32,000 nucleotides of DNA, taken from Haloquadratum walsbyi C23. GTDB taxonomy: Archaea; Halobacteriota; Halobacteria; Halobacteriales; Haloferacaceae. Positions 1 through 9,051 of the stretch are shown here, in pieces (the first letter of the stretch is position 1; each line of letters opens with the position of its first letter). The stretch is taken from positions 2,460,001 to 2,492,000 of the forward strand of contig NC_017459.1 of assembly GCF_000237865.1 (NCBI RefSeq), given 5' to 3'. The notes beneath the pieces are model-generated. The model searched no databases and was not told the origin of the DNA. It was given only the letters and a program-made list of their open reading frames with translations. Both the position numbers and the translations under genes were made by a program.

Positions 1-3
1 ACG

Positions 4-207
4 TCACCAGTCGGCACGTTTCGATGTCAGGAGTGCCCCCCGCCATGTGCGAAAGGTCTCAACAAGCCCGGGGTAGTTGATCTCGAACGGTTCCGACCCC
101 AGATGGAGTTCATGAACGCCGTGGTGGGTATCAAACCGGATGGTCGGGTCTGTCGCGTCGACTTCGATCTCTTCTTCCAGCACGGTGATATCATCGCTCA
201 TCCACAT
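4..207 (-). CDS. small TumE/DUF6516-like putative toxin (short variant); a cognate antitoxin would lie left of the window
   Basis: 67-aa ORF. Its segment RFDTHHGVHELH parallels RYDNSHGVHERH (12902..13222) and RYNNAHERTKGNERH (14583..14828), so the window holds three paralogues. Family name is from memory. Confidence 0.5.
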   Translation of the reverse strand: MWMSDDITVLEEEIEVDATDPTIRFDTHHGVHELHLGSEPFEINYPGLVETFRTWRGALLTSKRADW

Positions 208-232
208 ATGTTAACATAAAGTGTTCACATAA

Positions 233-254
233 CTGTTAGGAATAATCCTAACAG
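233..254. promoter_or_regulatory. perfect inverted repeat ctgttagga-ataa-tcctaacag, 26 nt upstream of the TumE-like start; candidate operator
   Basis: 9-bp arms at 233..241 and 246..254 read directly from the sequence. The position relative to the ORF start at 207 fits an autoregulatory site. Confidence 0.35.
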
Positions 255-542
255 AAACGCTTCGACATGAGTCCGGACCTCGTGGGATCAGGGAGAACAC
301 TGCTGAGCAGTCACGAGCAGACTGAAACAATCCTGAGTCCCCTGTCGGTCGCGCCCTGTTAGTTCGTCTTGATCTCGGGAGTGTCGGCCTTGCGGGAGTG
401 CGCACAGATGCGCTCAACGCGCTTCTTGAGCTTGAGCTTGAGCTCGATCTCAGGCTCTCAGCGAATGGCTTCGTCGAATCGTGATAGTCAACTATAGACC
501 ATGTTGTCGTGGACGTGACCGTGTCGAGTGTTGGTTCGTTCA

Positions 543-3437
543 CTACTGCTCACCTCCATTCGGAAGCCGTGTTTGTCGCGTTGGGACTGCTATCGTCGGA
601 TGTGTTGTCGGTGTCGTGGTGTGATAGGGATGGTCGGAATCGGCTTGGATGTCCGGGTGTTGGTACTGTTGTGCATTGCTGTTCGACAGTCGGTTCTTGT
701 CGACGTTGATCATCGGATGCGCGGTGATGTGACTGGTATCTCCGTTAAGTTCGGTGGCAATCGAAGGTGGTGGGTGTCTGTCCCACTCAGCAAGAGTATA
801 TTTCCTCATGTGGTCGAAGGGTATGCTTCTCGATCCGGTGGGTGTGGTCGGCTGTCGATATATCACTAGCGGCGGTGCGATCTGATTGCTGTTCGGCGAA
901 AGCCAGGTCGTTACTGGTGGTGTCGGACTTGTTGTGGTCCACCGGCGGTGACCCTCTTGCTGGACTGCAGTTACGCGGTCAAGTTCGCGGACATCGCCAA
1001 TCCGTCGGTCATAGCTACTTGCGGAGATATCCGCCTGCTCGATTAGCTCCGAGCGACCAACTGGACCGTCGGCTCGCAATAGGGTGGCGTACAGTTTGGT
1101 GGCTGTCGGTGTGAGATCGGACCGGAAGCGCTCTGGTGGGAGTGTAGCCGCTGCGCGTTCGACGTCCGCAGGCGTTGAGGTTGGGGAGTGTGACTCGGAC
1201 TCGTTCAGCGCTCGCAGCAGGCTCTCTACGACATCGTATGGACACGCTCTGTGTGTGCCCGACAGACCGAACGAGCGCAGACAGAGCCGCACCAGTCGCT
1301 GTTGCTCGCGAGGTGTCCACCGAATGTCGTGGGTCATTGCAATCTCGGTGATCACCTGCCGGATGGCGGGGTACGTCGTCCCGTCGACGACAGGGATCTC
1401 AAGCGGTGGTACTTGCTCAATCCCCTCGGCGATTGATTGTCGGACGGTGGCGAGTTCACGTGCGAGCGTCGTGGTAATTTCGTCGTGAAGCGCGGTGATG
1501 GTCGGGCCCGAAAGTACCCATGACATGGTGAGATTCATCGTCGCGTCGTCATCAGTCTCATAGGGAAGTCGTCGGCACAACTTTGCGGGTCGTTCCTCGA
1601 ACAACATGCGATAGCCTGAGTGAATCCCGCAGATGGACTGTTTGGGAGCTGTCTTACTGAGAAACGCACAGAGATTCTGTCGTTGGGTGGTGTTACGTGC
1701 GAGTGCGTCGGTATCGGGAATTCTAATAGTGGTTGTCAGGTCGATACCAACCGCGTGATACAACTGTGTCGCCGAGGCAATCAGTCCATGAAGATCTTTG
1801 AACAGGTCGCTTCGGGCGGCTGTATCACCGCTGTGCGTGAGTTCGGCAACTCGTGTAAGCAGTCGATCTCGAACCGTTGTTATCCGCTCGCGCCATGCTC
1901 CGTAGGTGGTTTCGGCGTCGCTGTACCAGCCCACCTGATGACCACGGCGGAGAAGTCGGTCGACTGGATACGCCTGGGTTCCGTCATCGATTGCTTCGAA
2001 CTCGTGACCAAGTCGGGAGGGTGTAAGGATTTTCGAGAGAGCTTTCTCGCTCAGTAAGGCGTTTGCGAGACGTCCCAGTGTAGCGAGGGAACCACCCCAC
2101 TGGAGCACAATGAGAGCTTCATCGTCAGTGTGGCTGAGGTACGCGACCCGACCATCGTCGAATGGGTGTAGATGGTCATCAACGAGTGTGATGGCATCGT
2201 CGTGAGCAACAGTGCTGAATCGTTCGTGGAGATGATCTGGGGCGTTGTCAGGACCAGTGAGCCACTGGACGTACTCAGCATCCCCGTCTGGATCACCAGT
2301 CGTCGCCACCCACTCATCGGAAGTCGGTGCCTCCCTGTCCGCCCTGCGGGGCGACACTGTACTTGTGAATTCCTGAGGGGTCGCGGTAAGACATTGATTA
2401 AGCCGGCATTGATCTGGATGAACAAGTGCATACGTATCGTCGAGACACCGCCGGACAGCCAGTCGTCCTCGGTTGGTGAGTTGGACAGTGTTATGCTGGT
2501 CACGGCGGTCGATCGTGACTAGATCGCGATCTTCCAGATCAAGGACGTATCTACTAATAGTACCCTCAGCAACATCGATCGTGTGGTCATGCGTGAGATC
2601 ACGGTAACTCCGGGCGTCCCCTGTCTTGAGATTCCCGAGAAGCCGGCGTTTCCCTGGCTCGGTGTCGAGTTCACGGATAGCCTCCCATGCAGCCTCAAGA
2701 GTCTCGGTGGCGTGATCGGTGTGATCAGTATGGTCGGTATGTGGGGACCGATCCCGGCTCACAGTAAGATTAAGATGATATTCACTCCAGTGAGGATACC
2801 GCTTCGAGAGGTGTCGTTGAACTGTTGGAGAGGCAACAATTCTGACATCGAACCCATCGGCGAGGACAGCAATCGCCGCCAGTGCGCGGACGCCCGTTCG
2901 GCGGTCTCTGAGGTCGGTCCACGCGCTGCCATCTAATATGAGTGTGAGGACGGTTGGGTGGTCCTCAAATTCGCGATGGAATGCAACCGGGCCTTTCGCG
3001 AGCGCGCCAAGATCTGCGTTGATTGGACCGCGCCCCGTACCAATGCTCGTGACGGTGTCGATGAGAGCCTCCTGTCGATGGCGGTGGTATCTGCTGAGTT
3101 CACTGGTGTCTTTGTCTCGATAGGTGAGCGCAAGCGCCGTAATCGCGTGGGTGTATGCAACGGCTTCAGCGATGTCGTCGGTCCATGTGCTCTCTGTGGT
3201 CTGCCACGCTGGCAGGGTTTCTGAAAGAAACTGTGAGCTGACACGCCACGGATCGGTGGTGGCATACTCGCGGATGGTTCGCTCGGTATGTGGTCGGAGC
3301 TCATCGAGGAGGTCCGGGATCCACTCGGTCAGCCGAGGGGAGACTGCTGAACAGGTAATCCCGTCGGGAGAGAGATTCGTGGTGTGGTCAACGAGTCGAA
3401 TCCCTCGCTTGCGAGTTACGGGCTGGTGTGTTCGCAC
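543..3437 (-). CDS. large (964 aa) protein of unknown function with at least two winged-helix-like segments and a His/Thr/Pro-rich tail; possible plasmid/provirus replication or maintenance protein
   Basis: Longest ORF in the window, with a GTG start at 3437. All overlapping ORFs in other frames are Arg/Ser-rich shadows. wHTH-like segments: SYRDLTHDHTIDVAEGTISRYVLDLEDRDLVTIDRR and RSELIEQADISASSYDRRIGDVRELDRVTAV. I saw no Walker A, DEAD, HNH or PD-(D/E)XK motif by eye. An imperfect 9-nt tandem repeat at 2712..2744 encodes an HTDHTDHTDH linker. Confidence 0.7.
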   Translation of the reverse strand: MRTHQPVTRKRGIRLVDHTTNLSPDGITCSAVSPRLTEWIPDLLDELRPHTERTIREYATTDPWRVSSQFLSETLPAWQTTESTWTDDIAEAVAYTHAITALALTYRDKDTSELSRYHRHRQEALIDTVTSIGTGRGPINADLGALAKGPVAFHREFEDHPTVLTLILDGSAWTDLRDRRTGVRALAAIAVLADGFDVRIVASPTVQRHLSKRYPHWSEYHLNLTVSRDRSPHTDHTDHTDHATETLEAAWEAIRELDTEPGKRRLLGNLKTGDARSYRDLTHDHTIDVAEGTISRYVLDLEDRDLVTIDRRDQHNTVQLTNRGRLAVRRCLDDTYALVHPDQCRLNQCLTATPQEFTSTVSPRRADREAPTSDEWVATTGDPDGDAEYVQWLTGPDNAPDHLHERFSTVAHDDAITLVDDHLHPFDDGRVAYLSHTDDEALIVLQWGGSLATLGRLANALLSEKALSKILTPSRLGHEFEAIDDGTQAYPVDRLLRRGHQVGWYSDAETTYGAWRERITTVRDRLLTRVAELTHSGDTAARSDLFKDLHGLIASATQLYHAVGIDLTTTIRIPDTDALARNTTQRQNLCAFLSKTAPKQSICGIHSGYRMLFEERPAKLCRRLPYETDDDATMNLTMSWVLSGPTITALHDEITTTLARELATVRQSIAEGIEQVPPLEIPVVDGTTYPAIRQVITEIAMTHDIRWTPREQQRLVRLCLRSFGLSGTHRACPYDVVESLLRALNESESHSPTSTPADVERAAATLPPERFRSDLTPTATKLYATLLRADGPVGRSELIEQADISASSYDRRIGDVRELDRVTAVQQEGHRRWTTTSPTPPVTTWLSPNSNQIAPPLVIYRQPTTPTGSRSIPFDHMRKYTLAEWDRHPPPSIATELNGDTSHITAHPMINVDKNRLSNSNAQQYQHPDIQADSDHPYHTTTPTTHPTIAVPTRQTRLPNGGEQ

Positions 3438-3814
3438 AGTCGATCACCGCAGAGTGATGTTCTGTTTGGTCATAGCGCCCAGCATCACTCCGACCCGCCG
3501 CGTAAGGAGCCATGATCAAAGCGAGCGTTTTCTCGGATAACTGTAAGCGGCGGGGTTAACTTCTGTTGTGATGGGCGGCTCTCAGCGGAGGAGACATTGT
3601 ATCTGTCCACAGTGTCTGCGTCAACACTCCGTGTTGTAGCGCACGGTATACAGAGTGAGAGTGGACCGCCGAAGAAAACGTCGTAGTTGTCGGCTAAGTT
3701 GATGCACAAATTACAGTCGGAATTATTACGATTCGATTCGCCAATCGTCTCGCAGGATTTAATTCCCGTAGTCCATAATGATAACATGGTTTTGTGGTTG
3801 TGCACAGAACCCGT

Positions 3815-3851
3815 CCCGGTTGGGTGCGACTACACCGCAACCGGGGTTTTT
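3815..3851 (+). terminator. hairpin cccggttg-N15-caaccggg followed by g+TTTTT (terminator-like, or the 3' end of an unannotated small RNA)
   Basis: 8-bp arms at 3815..3822 and 3838..3845, then a T5 run at 3847..3851. It lies in the AT-rich islet between the 964-aa gene and the PhiH1-like gene. No credible upstream plus-strand CDS. Confidence 0.3.
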
Positions 3852-4030
3852 CCACTTTCTCACGAATCGAAGATTCATAGCTCAGGTTCTATACAACATA
3901 AATTTGCCTCCAGTAACATATAATTGACGGGAGGATTCGATATGTATCTTAGATGGTGTATAAGTGCTATCCATCCGTAATATACACTGTGACATTGAAT
4001 ATGTGCTCTATGAGGCATTCAGGCAAGTGG

Positions 4031-4324
4031 ATGACTTCGCTTGATGACCGAATTTTAGAGTTTCTTCATGAAAATGACCCAACAACACCCACGAAGATGA
4101 CTACAGAGGCATCTCTACCTTACTCCAGACAGCATGTTGACCGGAGGTGTAAGAGACTACATGAGGAGGACCTCCTCAAAAACTTAGGCAATGGTGTCTA
4201 CATGATCACCGAAGACGGTGAAGCATATCTCAAAGGACATTTAGACACTGAAGATTGGCGGTACATTAATCAAGATGGTGAGGACGACGATGGCTTAACT
4301 GAAGATACTGGGATAGACGCTTGA
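4031..4324 (+). CDS. PhiH1-repressor-like winged-helix DNA-binding protein
   Basis: From the internal ATG at 4031 the product reads MTSLDDRILEFLHENDPTTPTKM...RQHVDRRCKRLHEEDLLKNLGNGVYMITEDGEAYLKG plus an acidic tail. This is the typical layout of the haloarchaeal PhiH1 repressor family. The 26 upstream codons of the track ORF (from 3953) look non-native. The gene is AT-rich compared with its flanks. Confidence 0.75.
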   Translation: MTSLDDRILEFLHENDPTTPTKMTTEASLPYSRQHVDRRCKRLHEEDLLKNLGNGVYMITEDGEAYLKGHLDTEDWRYINQDGEDDDGLTEDTGIDA

Positions 4325-4555
4325 CACTTGAGCGATGGATACTCTTCTTCGAGATATAATTAAATTCTAGATTGGCGGATCACTCAACTAACAGTGAGTC
4401 CACTAACTCCGTCGATTAGCTACTAGACGACACAGTCGGACCGGTAAGAACACTCCTCAAGAGAGGCGATAGGGCGTCTTCGGTACCCAAAACAGATCGC
4501 TGATATCAATTCCACCCAGCTCAGCGGTCTCTGTGATGATATTTCCGAACCGTGT

Positions 4556-4630
4556 CGGCTCGCGAAAGAGACGTCTAGCTGGTTGACGAGGCAATCGTCG
4601 CGACAAAACTGGAGCAGGCACACGAGTACA
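4556..4630 (+). pseudogene. remnant of an MNT 3' end / HepT (DUF86) 5' end junction
   Basis: The nucleotide stretch cggctcgcgaaagagacgtctagctggttgacgaggcaatcgtcgcgacaaaactggagcaggcacacgagtacacg aligns with the intact junction at 6613..6690 (cggcttgccagaggagacatctagatggtggacgaggatgtcgtcgcgacgaaactggagcgggcgcacgagtacacg). It encodes LVDEAIVATKLEQAHEYT, then homology stops. Confidence 0.45.
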
Positions 4631-4669
4631 CGACTGATCCCACACCGACTCGATCCTTCGAGACGGACG

Positions 4670-4997
4670 TCACAGATACTGGATCGATGGAGCGTCTTCC
4701 GAGCGGTTCTGTATGTGCTCGTCGAAAAATCTCACGACATCACCGATCCGCCGTCCGGCCTGTCAGGCGTATATCACCCCGCTGTGTTCCATCTCTTCGC
4801 CTTCGACGAGTGAGAGAAAAATCATCATCGAAGGTCAATAGCATCCAGTCGCGTTCGACCGCGTACAGGAGCTGTTCTCGGTCGGGTTCTCCCAGCGTTC
4901 CTTCGTCTCTCGCGGTGTGAAAACTTCACCCGCGACGGCTGAGATCATCAGCGACGGGGATCCAGATGCTCTCGTCACAGTACAGCGGCCGCGTCAT
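4670..4997 (-). pseudogene. DUF5615-type (Mut7-C/PIN-like) toxin gene, multiply frameshifted
   Basis: The ATG at 4997 overlaps the DUF433 stop (ATGA). Hand translation needs at least three frames: MTRPLYCDESIWIPVADDLSRRG*, then TLGEPDREQLLYAVERDWMLLTFDDDF, then QAGRRIGDVVRFFDEHIQNRSEDAPSIQYL*. It resembles the 10325..10673 paralogue. Confidence 0.55.
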
Positions 4998-5224
4998 GCG
5001 GAGGCGGGCTCCGAAGACGAGGTCCGAAAGTCGTCGATATGGTCGTAGTAGTACGCGAGTGCTCGATGGACGTCGCCGAGGCTGAGATCAGGGTACAGTT
5101 GTGTGATCTCGTCAGGACTGTACCCGCTGTGTTCGTACGCTGAAGCGATGTCCTCGACACGAATTCCCGTTCCCTCGATTGTCGGCGCGCCGTCACTGTG
5201 TTCGCGATCCCGAACGACTCCCAT
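4994..5224 (-). CDS. DUF433-family putative antitoxin
   Basis: From the ATG at 5224: MGVVRDREHSDGAPTIEGTGIRVEDIASAYEHSGYSPDEITQLYPDLSLGDVHRALAYYYDH. This parallels the 10053..10328 paralogue (GGEPRINGTRVGVRHV...LSDVYEALSYYYGH). The upstream part of the track ORF overlaps the aglF-like pseudogene and is probably not translated. Confidence 0.75.
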   Translation of the reverse strand: MGVVRDREHSDGAPTIEGTGIRVEDIASAYEHSGYSPDEITQLYPDLSLGDVHRALAYYYDHIDDFRTSSSEPASA

Positions 5225-5327
5225 ATCATGGAATGACCGAGCAGCGATTTGAAACACGTGATCCGGTCGATCGTGGCGTATCTCATGCCGGTCTTCTGTC
5301 GAGAGAGATCCGTGGGAACGACCGTTC

Positions 5328-6029
5328 TCACTCCCCACGCACCAACTCCGCCGCCCTCTCCACGTCCGCAGGCGTGTTCACGTTCACACGTCCACCGACA
5401 CGAACCGTCGCCACCTCGTACCCCGCCCGCATCAACAACCTAACAGCCTCGCTCAGCTGGTACTCGTCCTCAACCGACGGCCGGAGCAACGCACACGCAT
5501 GAAAGACGTCCTCCGGCAGGACGTAACACCCGGTCGTGACCAGCGTCGACGGCTCTGTCGGCTTTTCGACGATCCCCGTCACGCACTCCGTCTCGTCCGT
5601 CTCGATCACGCCGGTAGTCGCCGTGACCGCGGGCGACACCTCCTCGACCGCGAGCGCCGCGTCCTCCTCCGCAACGCCCTCGACTGCGGGCGCGACGCTC
5701 CCCGTAAAGACGTTGTCGCCGTTCAAAAAAGAAAGATCCCGTCAACGTGCGGTCGGTCTGAAGCACCGCGTGCTTGAGCCCCAGCCGTTCGCGCTAGTGG
5801 ACATACGTGATCGGGACGCCCTCGAAAGTATCGCTGAACCGGTCAACGATCTGACCTGCCCCGTACCCGACAATCACGATCACCTCGCCGCCCCCCCCCC
5901 GTCGACCGCCGTCTCGAAGACGTGCGCGAGGAGGGATTGCCCGGCGATCTCGACGAGTCCTTTCGGTCGGTCCGCCGTCAACTCGCCGAGTCGACTCCCT
6001 CGCCCGGCGACCGGGATGACCGTGTCCAT
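5328..6029 (-). pseudogene. AglF-like sugar-1-phosphate nucleotidyltransferase, full-length copy A with three lesions
   Basis: The ATG at 6029 gives MDTVIPVAGRGSRLGELTADRPKGLVEIAGQSLLAHVFETAVDGGG. Lesions are a frame loss in the C10 run at 5891..5900, an in-frame TAG at 5794..5796 where copy C has CAG, and a 1-nt deletion in the A-run near 5725..5735. The C-terminal part (5328..5726) reads VEKPTEPSTLVTTGCYVLPEDVFHACALLRPSVEDEYQLSEAV. Motifs match my recollection of the Haloferax AglF glucose-1-phosphate uridylyltransferase. Confidence 0.8.
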
Positions 6030-6195
6030 ACGCGAGACGCCACACGCCGGTCACCTAACCCCATCGACGGGGCTATCGCTTCCCGTGACTTCCCGTGACC
6101 TCCCACGACTCTCGCCTGACAACCGATCGACCCGAGCCGACGGACGACCATGCTGTCCACAAACGGTTTTATCGCTCATCACGTAGGGACGCGAC

Positions 6196-6636
6196 ATGGT
6201 GGAGTCGAATCACAGCGGGTCAGCGATCGACGGCGTGGACGTGGCGGCGATCCGTCGATATCTCGCGGCTACAGATGTCCGCTTCGCGGTCCTGTTCGGC
6301 TCTCGAGTCCGGGGTGAGACACACGACTCGTCCGACGTCGATGTCACCCTTCGATTCTCTGAGGAGCTATCCCCGAAAGAACGCTTCCGTCGCCGGAACC
6401 GTATCGATGCGGATCTCCAAGAGTATGCGGACGACTTCGTCGACGTGAGCGACATCCAAGACCTTCCCCTTCCGATCGCACGCGCAGCCCTTCAAGAAGG
6501 AGTTCGGCTGGTCGGTGACGAACGAGAGATCGCCGCCTACCGTGAGCAGATAGACGCCGAGTACGATCGAACTGCTGCCGATCGGGAACGGAACCGGCGC
6601 GAGTTCATCGATCGGCTTGCCAGAGGAGACATCTAG
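6196..6636 (+). CDS. MNT-type minimal nucleotidyltransferase antitoxin
   Basis: Contains FGSRVRGETHDSSDVDV (GSxxRG...DxD signature). Its stop abuts the start of the DUF86 gene (TAGATG). Confidence 0.85.
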   Translation: MVESNHSGSAIDGVDVAAIRRYLAATDVRFAVLFGSRVRGETHDSSDVDVTLRFSEELSPKERFRRRNRIDADLQEYADDFVDVSDIQDLPLPIARAALQEGVRLVGDEREIAAYREQIDAEYDRTAADRERNRREFIDRLARGDI

Positions 6637-7067
6637 ATGGTGGACGAGGATGTCGTCGCGACGAAACTGGAGCGGGCGCACGAGTACACGAACGATCTTG
6701 CGGAGATGCGAGGGATCCCGAAGGAGGAGTACGTTTCGGACGTCGTACTACAGCGAGCAGTCGAACGAACGCTGATGAATCTGATCCAGTCCTGTATTGA
6801 TCTCACGCAACACGTCCGCGCAGCGAAATGTCAGCGGGTGGAACGGCGAAAGACGTGATTCAGGTACTCGGTGAGTTGGAGATCATCTCTCGTGACACAC
6901 AGCAGAAGATCGAGGAAGCCGTTGGGTTTCGAAATGTTCTCGCACATCGGTACGGAGAAGTCGACCACGACGTAGTGTATGAGGTGCTACACGAGGACCT
7001 CCATTGGTTCAAGTTCAAGCGATTCCAGCAGGAAGTCGCACAGTGGCTTCGGGATCGACGGTCGTGA
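6637..7067 (+). pseudogene. HepT (DUF86) toxin gene split by one frameshift
   Basis: Two track ORFs (6637..6858 and 6828..7067) together form one DUF86 protein. The N part is MVDEDVVATKLERAHEYTNDL...QSCIDLTQHVRAA. The C part is SAGGTAKDVIQVLGELEII...GFRNVLAHRYGEVDHD (Rx4HxY motif). The frame change lies near 6824..6835. Confidence 0.8.
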
Positions 7068-7151
7068 AACGTGGTCTATTCTCGCTCAACCAGACCAGAT
7101 GTATTCTCACGCGTACTCGATGTCGAGCGTGAGATCTTCCTCAGTATAGTG

Positions 7152-7349
7152 TCACTCCACCCCACGTTCTCCGAGGAGCCGATGGAACTCTGCCTTCGAA
7201 AGACCGGCTAGCTCTCGTGCCTTTCCGAAGGACAGATACCCTTCCCGGTACAGCGACACCGCGAGTTCCTGCCGGACGATCGGTTCGCGATCCTCCGGTG
7301 GTGCCGCGATCGCGTCCAACACGTCCGACGGGAGATCGATGCTGCTCAT
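7152..7349 (-). CDS. UPF0175-family antitoxin-like protein, possibly shortened by an in-frame TGA
   Basis: The product reads ...SLYREGYLSFGKARELAGLSKAEFHRLLGERGVE. After the TGA at 7152..7154 the same frame continues HYTEEDLTLDIEYA* to 7107, which looks like the normal family C-terminus. No PIN/DUF3368 partner follows. Confidence 0.65.
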   Translation of the reverse strand: MSSIDLPSDVLDAIAAPPEDREPIVRQELAVSLYREGYLSFGKARELAGLSKAEFHRLLGERGVE

Positions 7350-7404
7350 GCCGTTGGATCCGACGTCGTGTTACTTAGTAACGCCGTACGTCCACTCGTC
7401 TCGA

Positions 7405-7530
7405 TCACGACGTTTGTTGTCTTGATGCCGTCTCAAAGGCGTGCGCGACCTCAACGAGTCCCTTCGGTCGGTCCGCCGTCAGTTCGCCGAGCCGAATCCC
7501 TCGCCCGGCGGCGGCAATGACCGCGTCCAC
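7405..7530 (-). pseudogene. AglF-like nucleotidyltransferase, N-terminal fragment B
   Basis: Reads (GTG)VDAVIAAAGRGIRLGELTADRPKGLVEVA-HAFETA, then unrelated residues and a stop. The 5' upstream stretch (cctgaatccgtcggtcagcctg) resembles that of fragment D. Confidence 0.7.
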
Positions 7531-7646
7531 GCCTAAGCGGTCGACCACTCGACACCTGAATCCGTCGGTCAGCCTGTGCACTCCCGCAGTACGTCCGGTT
7601 TCGACGCTGCCGGTCCGCGATGCGAACCCGTGGTAGCACCACCCGC

Positions 7647-9029
7647 TCACCGCTCGGATTCGAACAGCGTCGCGAGCTCCGGAATCCCGTATAGCGACGC
7701 GTCGGACCGCTCGTCGACCACGGTTCGTAACTCGTCGGTGAAACCAGTCCGCGAAAAGAGCGCGTACCGCACCTCCCGGTCGGTTCCTTGCCACCGGACC
7801 TCCGATTCGAGCGCCGTGAGTCTGTCAAATACCCTGCGACCCACGGGTTCCGTGGTCCACTTACACTCTCCGAGGAGCAAGGTCCCAGTCTCTCGATTGA
7901 CTCCGGCGATGTCGATCTCCTCGCCGCCGTGCCACCAGCGGCCAACCCGCGAGCAGGAGACGGGAAACGCCGGCGTCCGAACCGCCTGTTGGCACACGGC
8001 TTCGAAGGTTCGACTCGTGTGTATTGGTAGCGTCTCGGCAATCGTCGACCTGACCGGAGCCGTCCGCCCCTGTTCGAGCGTTCCCCGATTGGGTACCACG
8101 TACCGAAACCAGAACCGAAGGAAATCGTCCGTCAGCCGATACAGTCCCCGGCCGTCAGGGTCCGTCACCGGATGCTCCTGCTCGAGGATCGCCAACTGCG
8201 TGAGGTTCTGGAGATACCGGGAGAGGCTGCTCGCGTCGCGGCCGATCTCGTTGGCGATCTCGGTGACGCGTGTCGCGCCACCGGCGATAGCTTCGAGGAT
8301 CGCCATGTATGTCGCGGGCTCACGAAGTTCTTGGCGTAACAGAAACTCCGGCTCCTCGTACAGGAACTCGCCTTTCGAGAGGATGGATTGCTCGATGTTC
8401 TCGAGGAGGCTCAGTTCTGGATCGAACTGTTCGAGATACGCGGGGACACCTCCAAGCACACTATACAGCTGGATCTGTGTCTCTACATCGTCATCCAGGA
8501 AGAACGCGCGAGCGTCCGCGAACGAGAGCGGGGCGAGTTCCCACTGTCCGGTTCGGCGCCCGTATAGTGGGCTCTCGTAGCTTAACACGCCCTCTTCCAT
8601 CATCGAAATCGATGACCCTAACAACACGAGCGAGATGTCTGTCCCTGCGAGTACGTCGTCGACAACGGTCTGAAACACCGACGGGATTGTGTCGTCCTCG
8701 TCGACGAGATACGCGGATTCGTCTAACGCTACCACGCACGACCCGTCGACGCGCGCCGTGAGATACTGAAACGCCTCGACGAACCCGTCGACATCCGGTG
8801 TGATATCGTTGAACGCAGCAGCGCACTATGCCGCGAATCGCCGAGCGTTGTGCGTTGCGCCCCGCTCGTCACAGAGATAATAGACTGACGTGTCTTCAAG
8901 TTCGTCGAGCGCCGACGTCACCAGCGTCGTCTTCCCTACCCGCCGTCGCCCGTATACGACGAGGAGCTGTCGATCGGCTCGTGAGAGATGCGACGCGAGC
9001 CATTCGAGTTCCGTCTCTCTGTTTATCAT
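7647..9029 (-). pseudogene. archaeal ATPase (Arch_ATPase plus C-terminal DUF234-like domain) interrupted by one in-frame TAG
   Basis: Track ORFs 8826..9029 (Walker A GRRRVGKTT) and 7647..8735 are in the same frame (9029-8735=294). Hand translation across the gap gives RRFAA*CAAAFNDITPDVDGFVEAFQYLTARVDGSCVVALDESAYL, with the TAG at 8826..8828 the only lesion seen. Confidence 0.85.
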
Positions 9030-9037
9030 TATGCGTT

Positions 9038-9051
9038 CGATAATATTATCG
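9038..9051. promoter_or_regulatory. perfect 14-bp palindrome cgataatattatcg, 9 nt upstream of the ATPase start
   Basis: Read directly from the sequence. Half-site TCGATAAT recurs upstream of sdhC (31596..31640). Confidence 0.3.

Noticed and set aside
211-543. 110-aa minus-strand ORF between the TumE-like gene and the 964-aa gene
   Set aside because: It is Ser/Arg-rich with a poly-Ser run caused by the gcttga x3 repeat (about 432..449). Another frame gives a short relic (EIELKLKLKKRVERICAHSRKADTPEIKTN*), but nothing is assignable.
2712-2744. Short tandem repeat; considered as a CRISPR or microsatellite element
   Set aside because: It is only about 3.5 imperfect 9-nt units, lies inside a CDS and encodes an HTDHTDHTDH linker. 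It has no spacer structure.
767-3540. Many 60-150-aa ORFs overlapping the 964-aa gene on both strands
   Set aside because: They are shadow ORFs of a long GC-rich coding region. None has protein-like composition or motifs.
5891-5900. C10 (coding-strand G10) homopolymer as a possible slippage-based phase switch of the aglF-like gene
   Set aside because: The tract is out of frame by one nt. However, the same gene also carries an in-frame TAG (5794..5796) and a second frameshift (about 5725..5735), so restoring the tract would not restore the protein. This is an ordinary pseudogene.
5536-6186. 216-aa plus-strand ORF
   Set aside because: It is a Ser/Thr/Pro/Arg-rich shadow frame lying antisense to the aglF-like pseudogene. 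It has no recognisable motif, and its composition is typical of off-frame translation of GC-rich coding DNA.
7451-8580. 334-aa plus-strand ORF (7576..8580) and 196-aa minus-strand ORF (7451..8041)
   Set aside because: Both overlap the ATPase gene in other frames and are Arg/Ser-rich. The ATPase frame carries the real motifs (Walker A, DUF234-like part).
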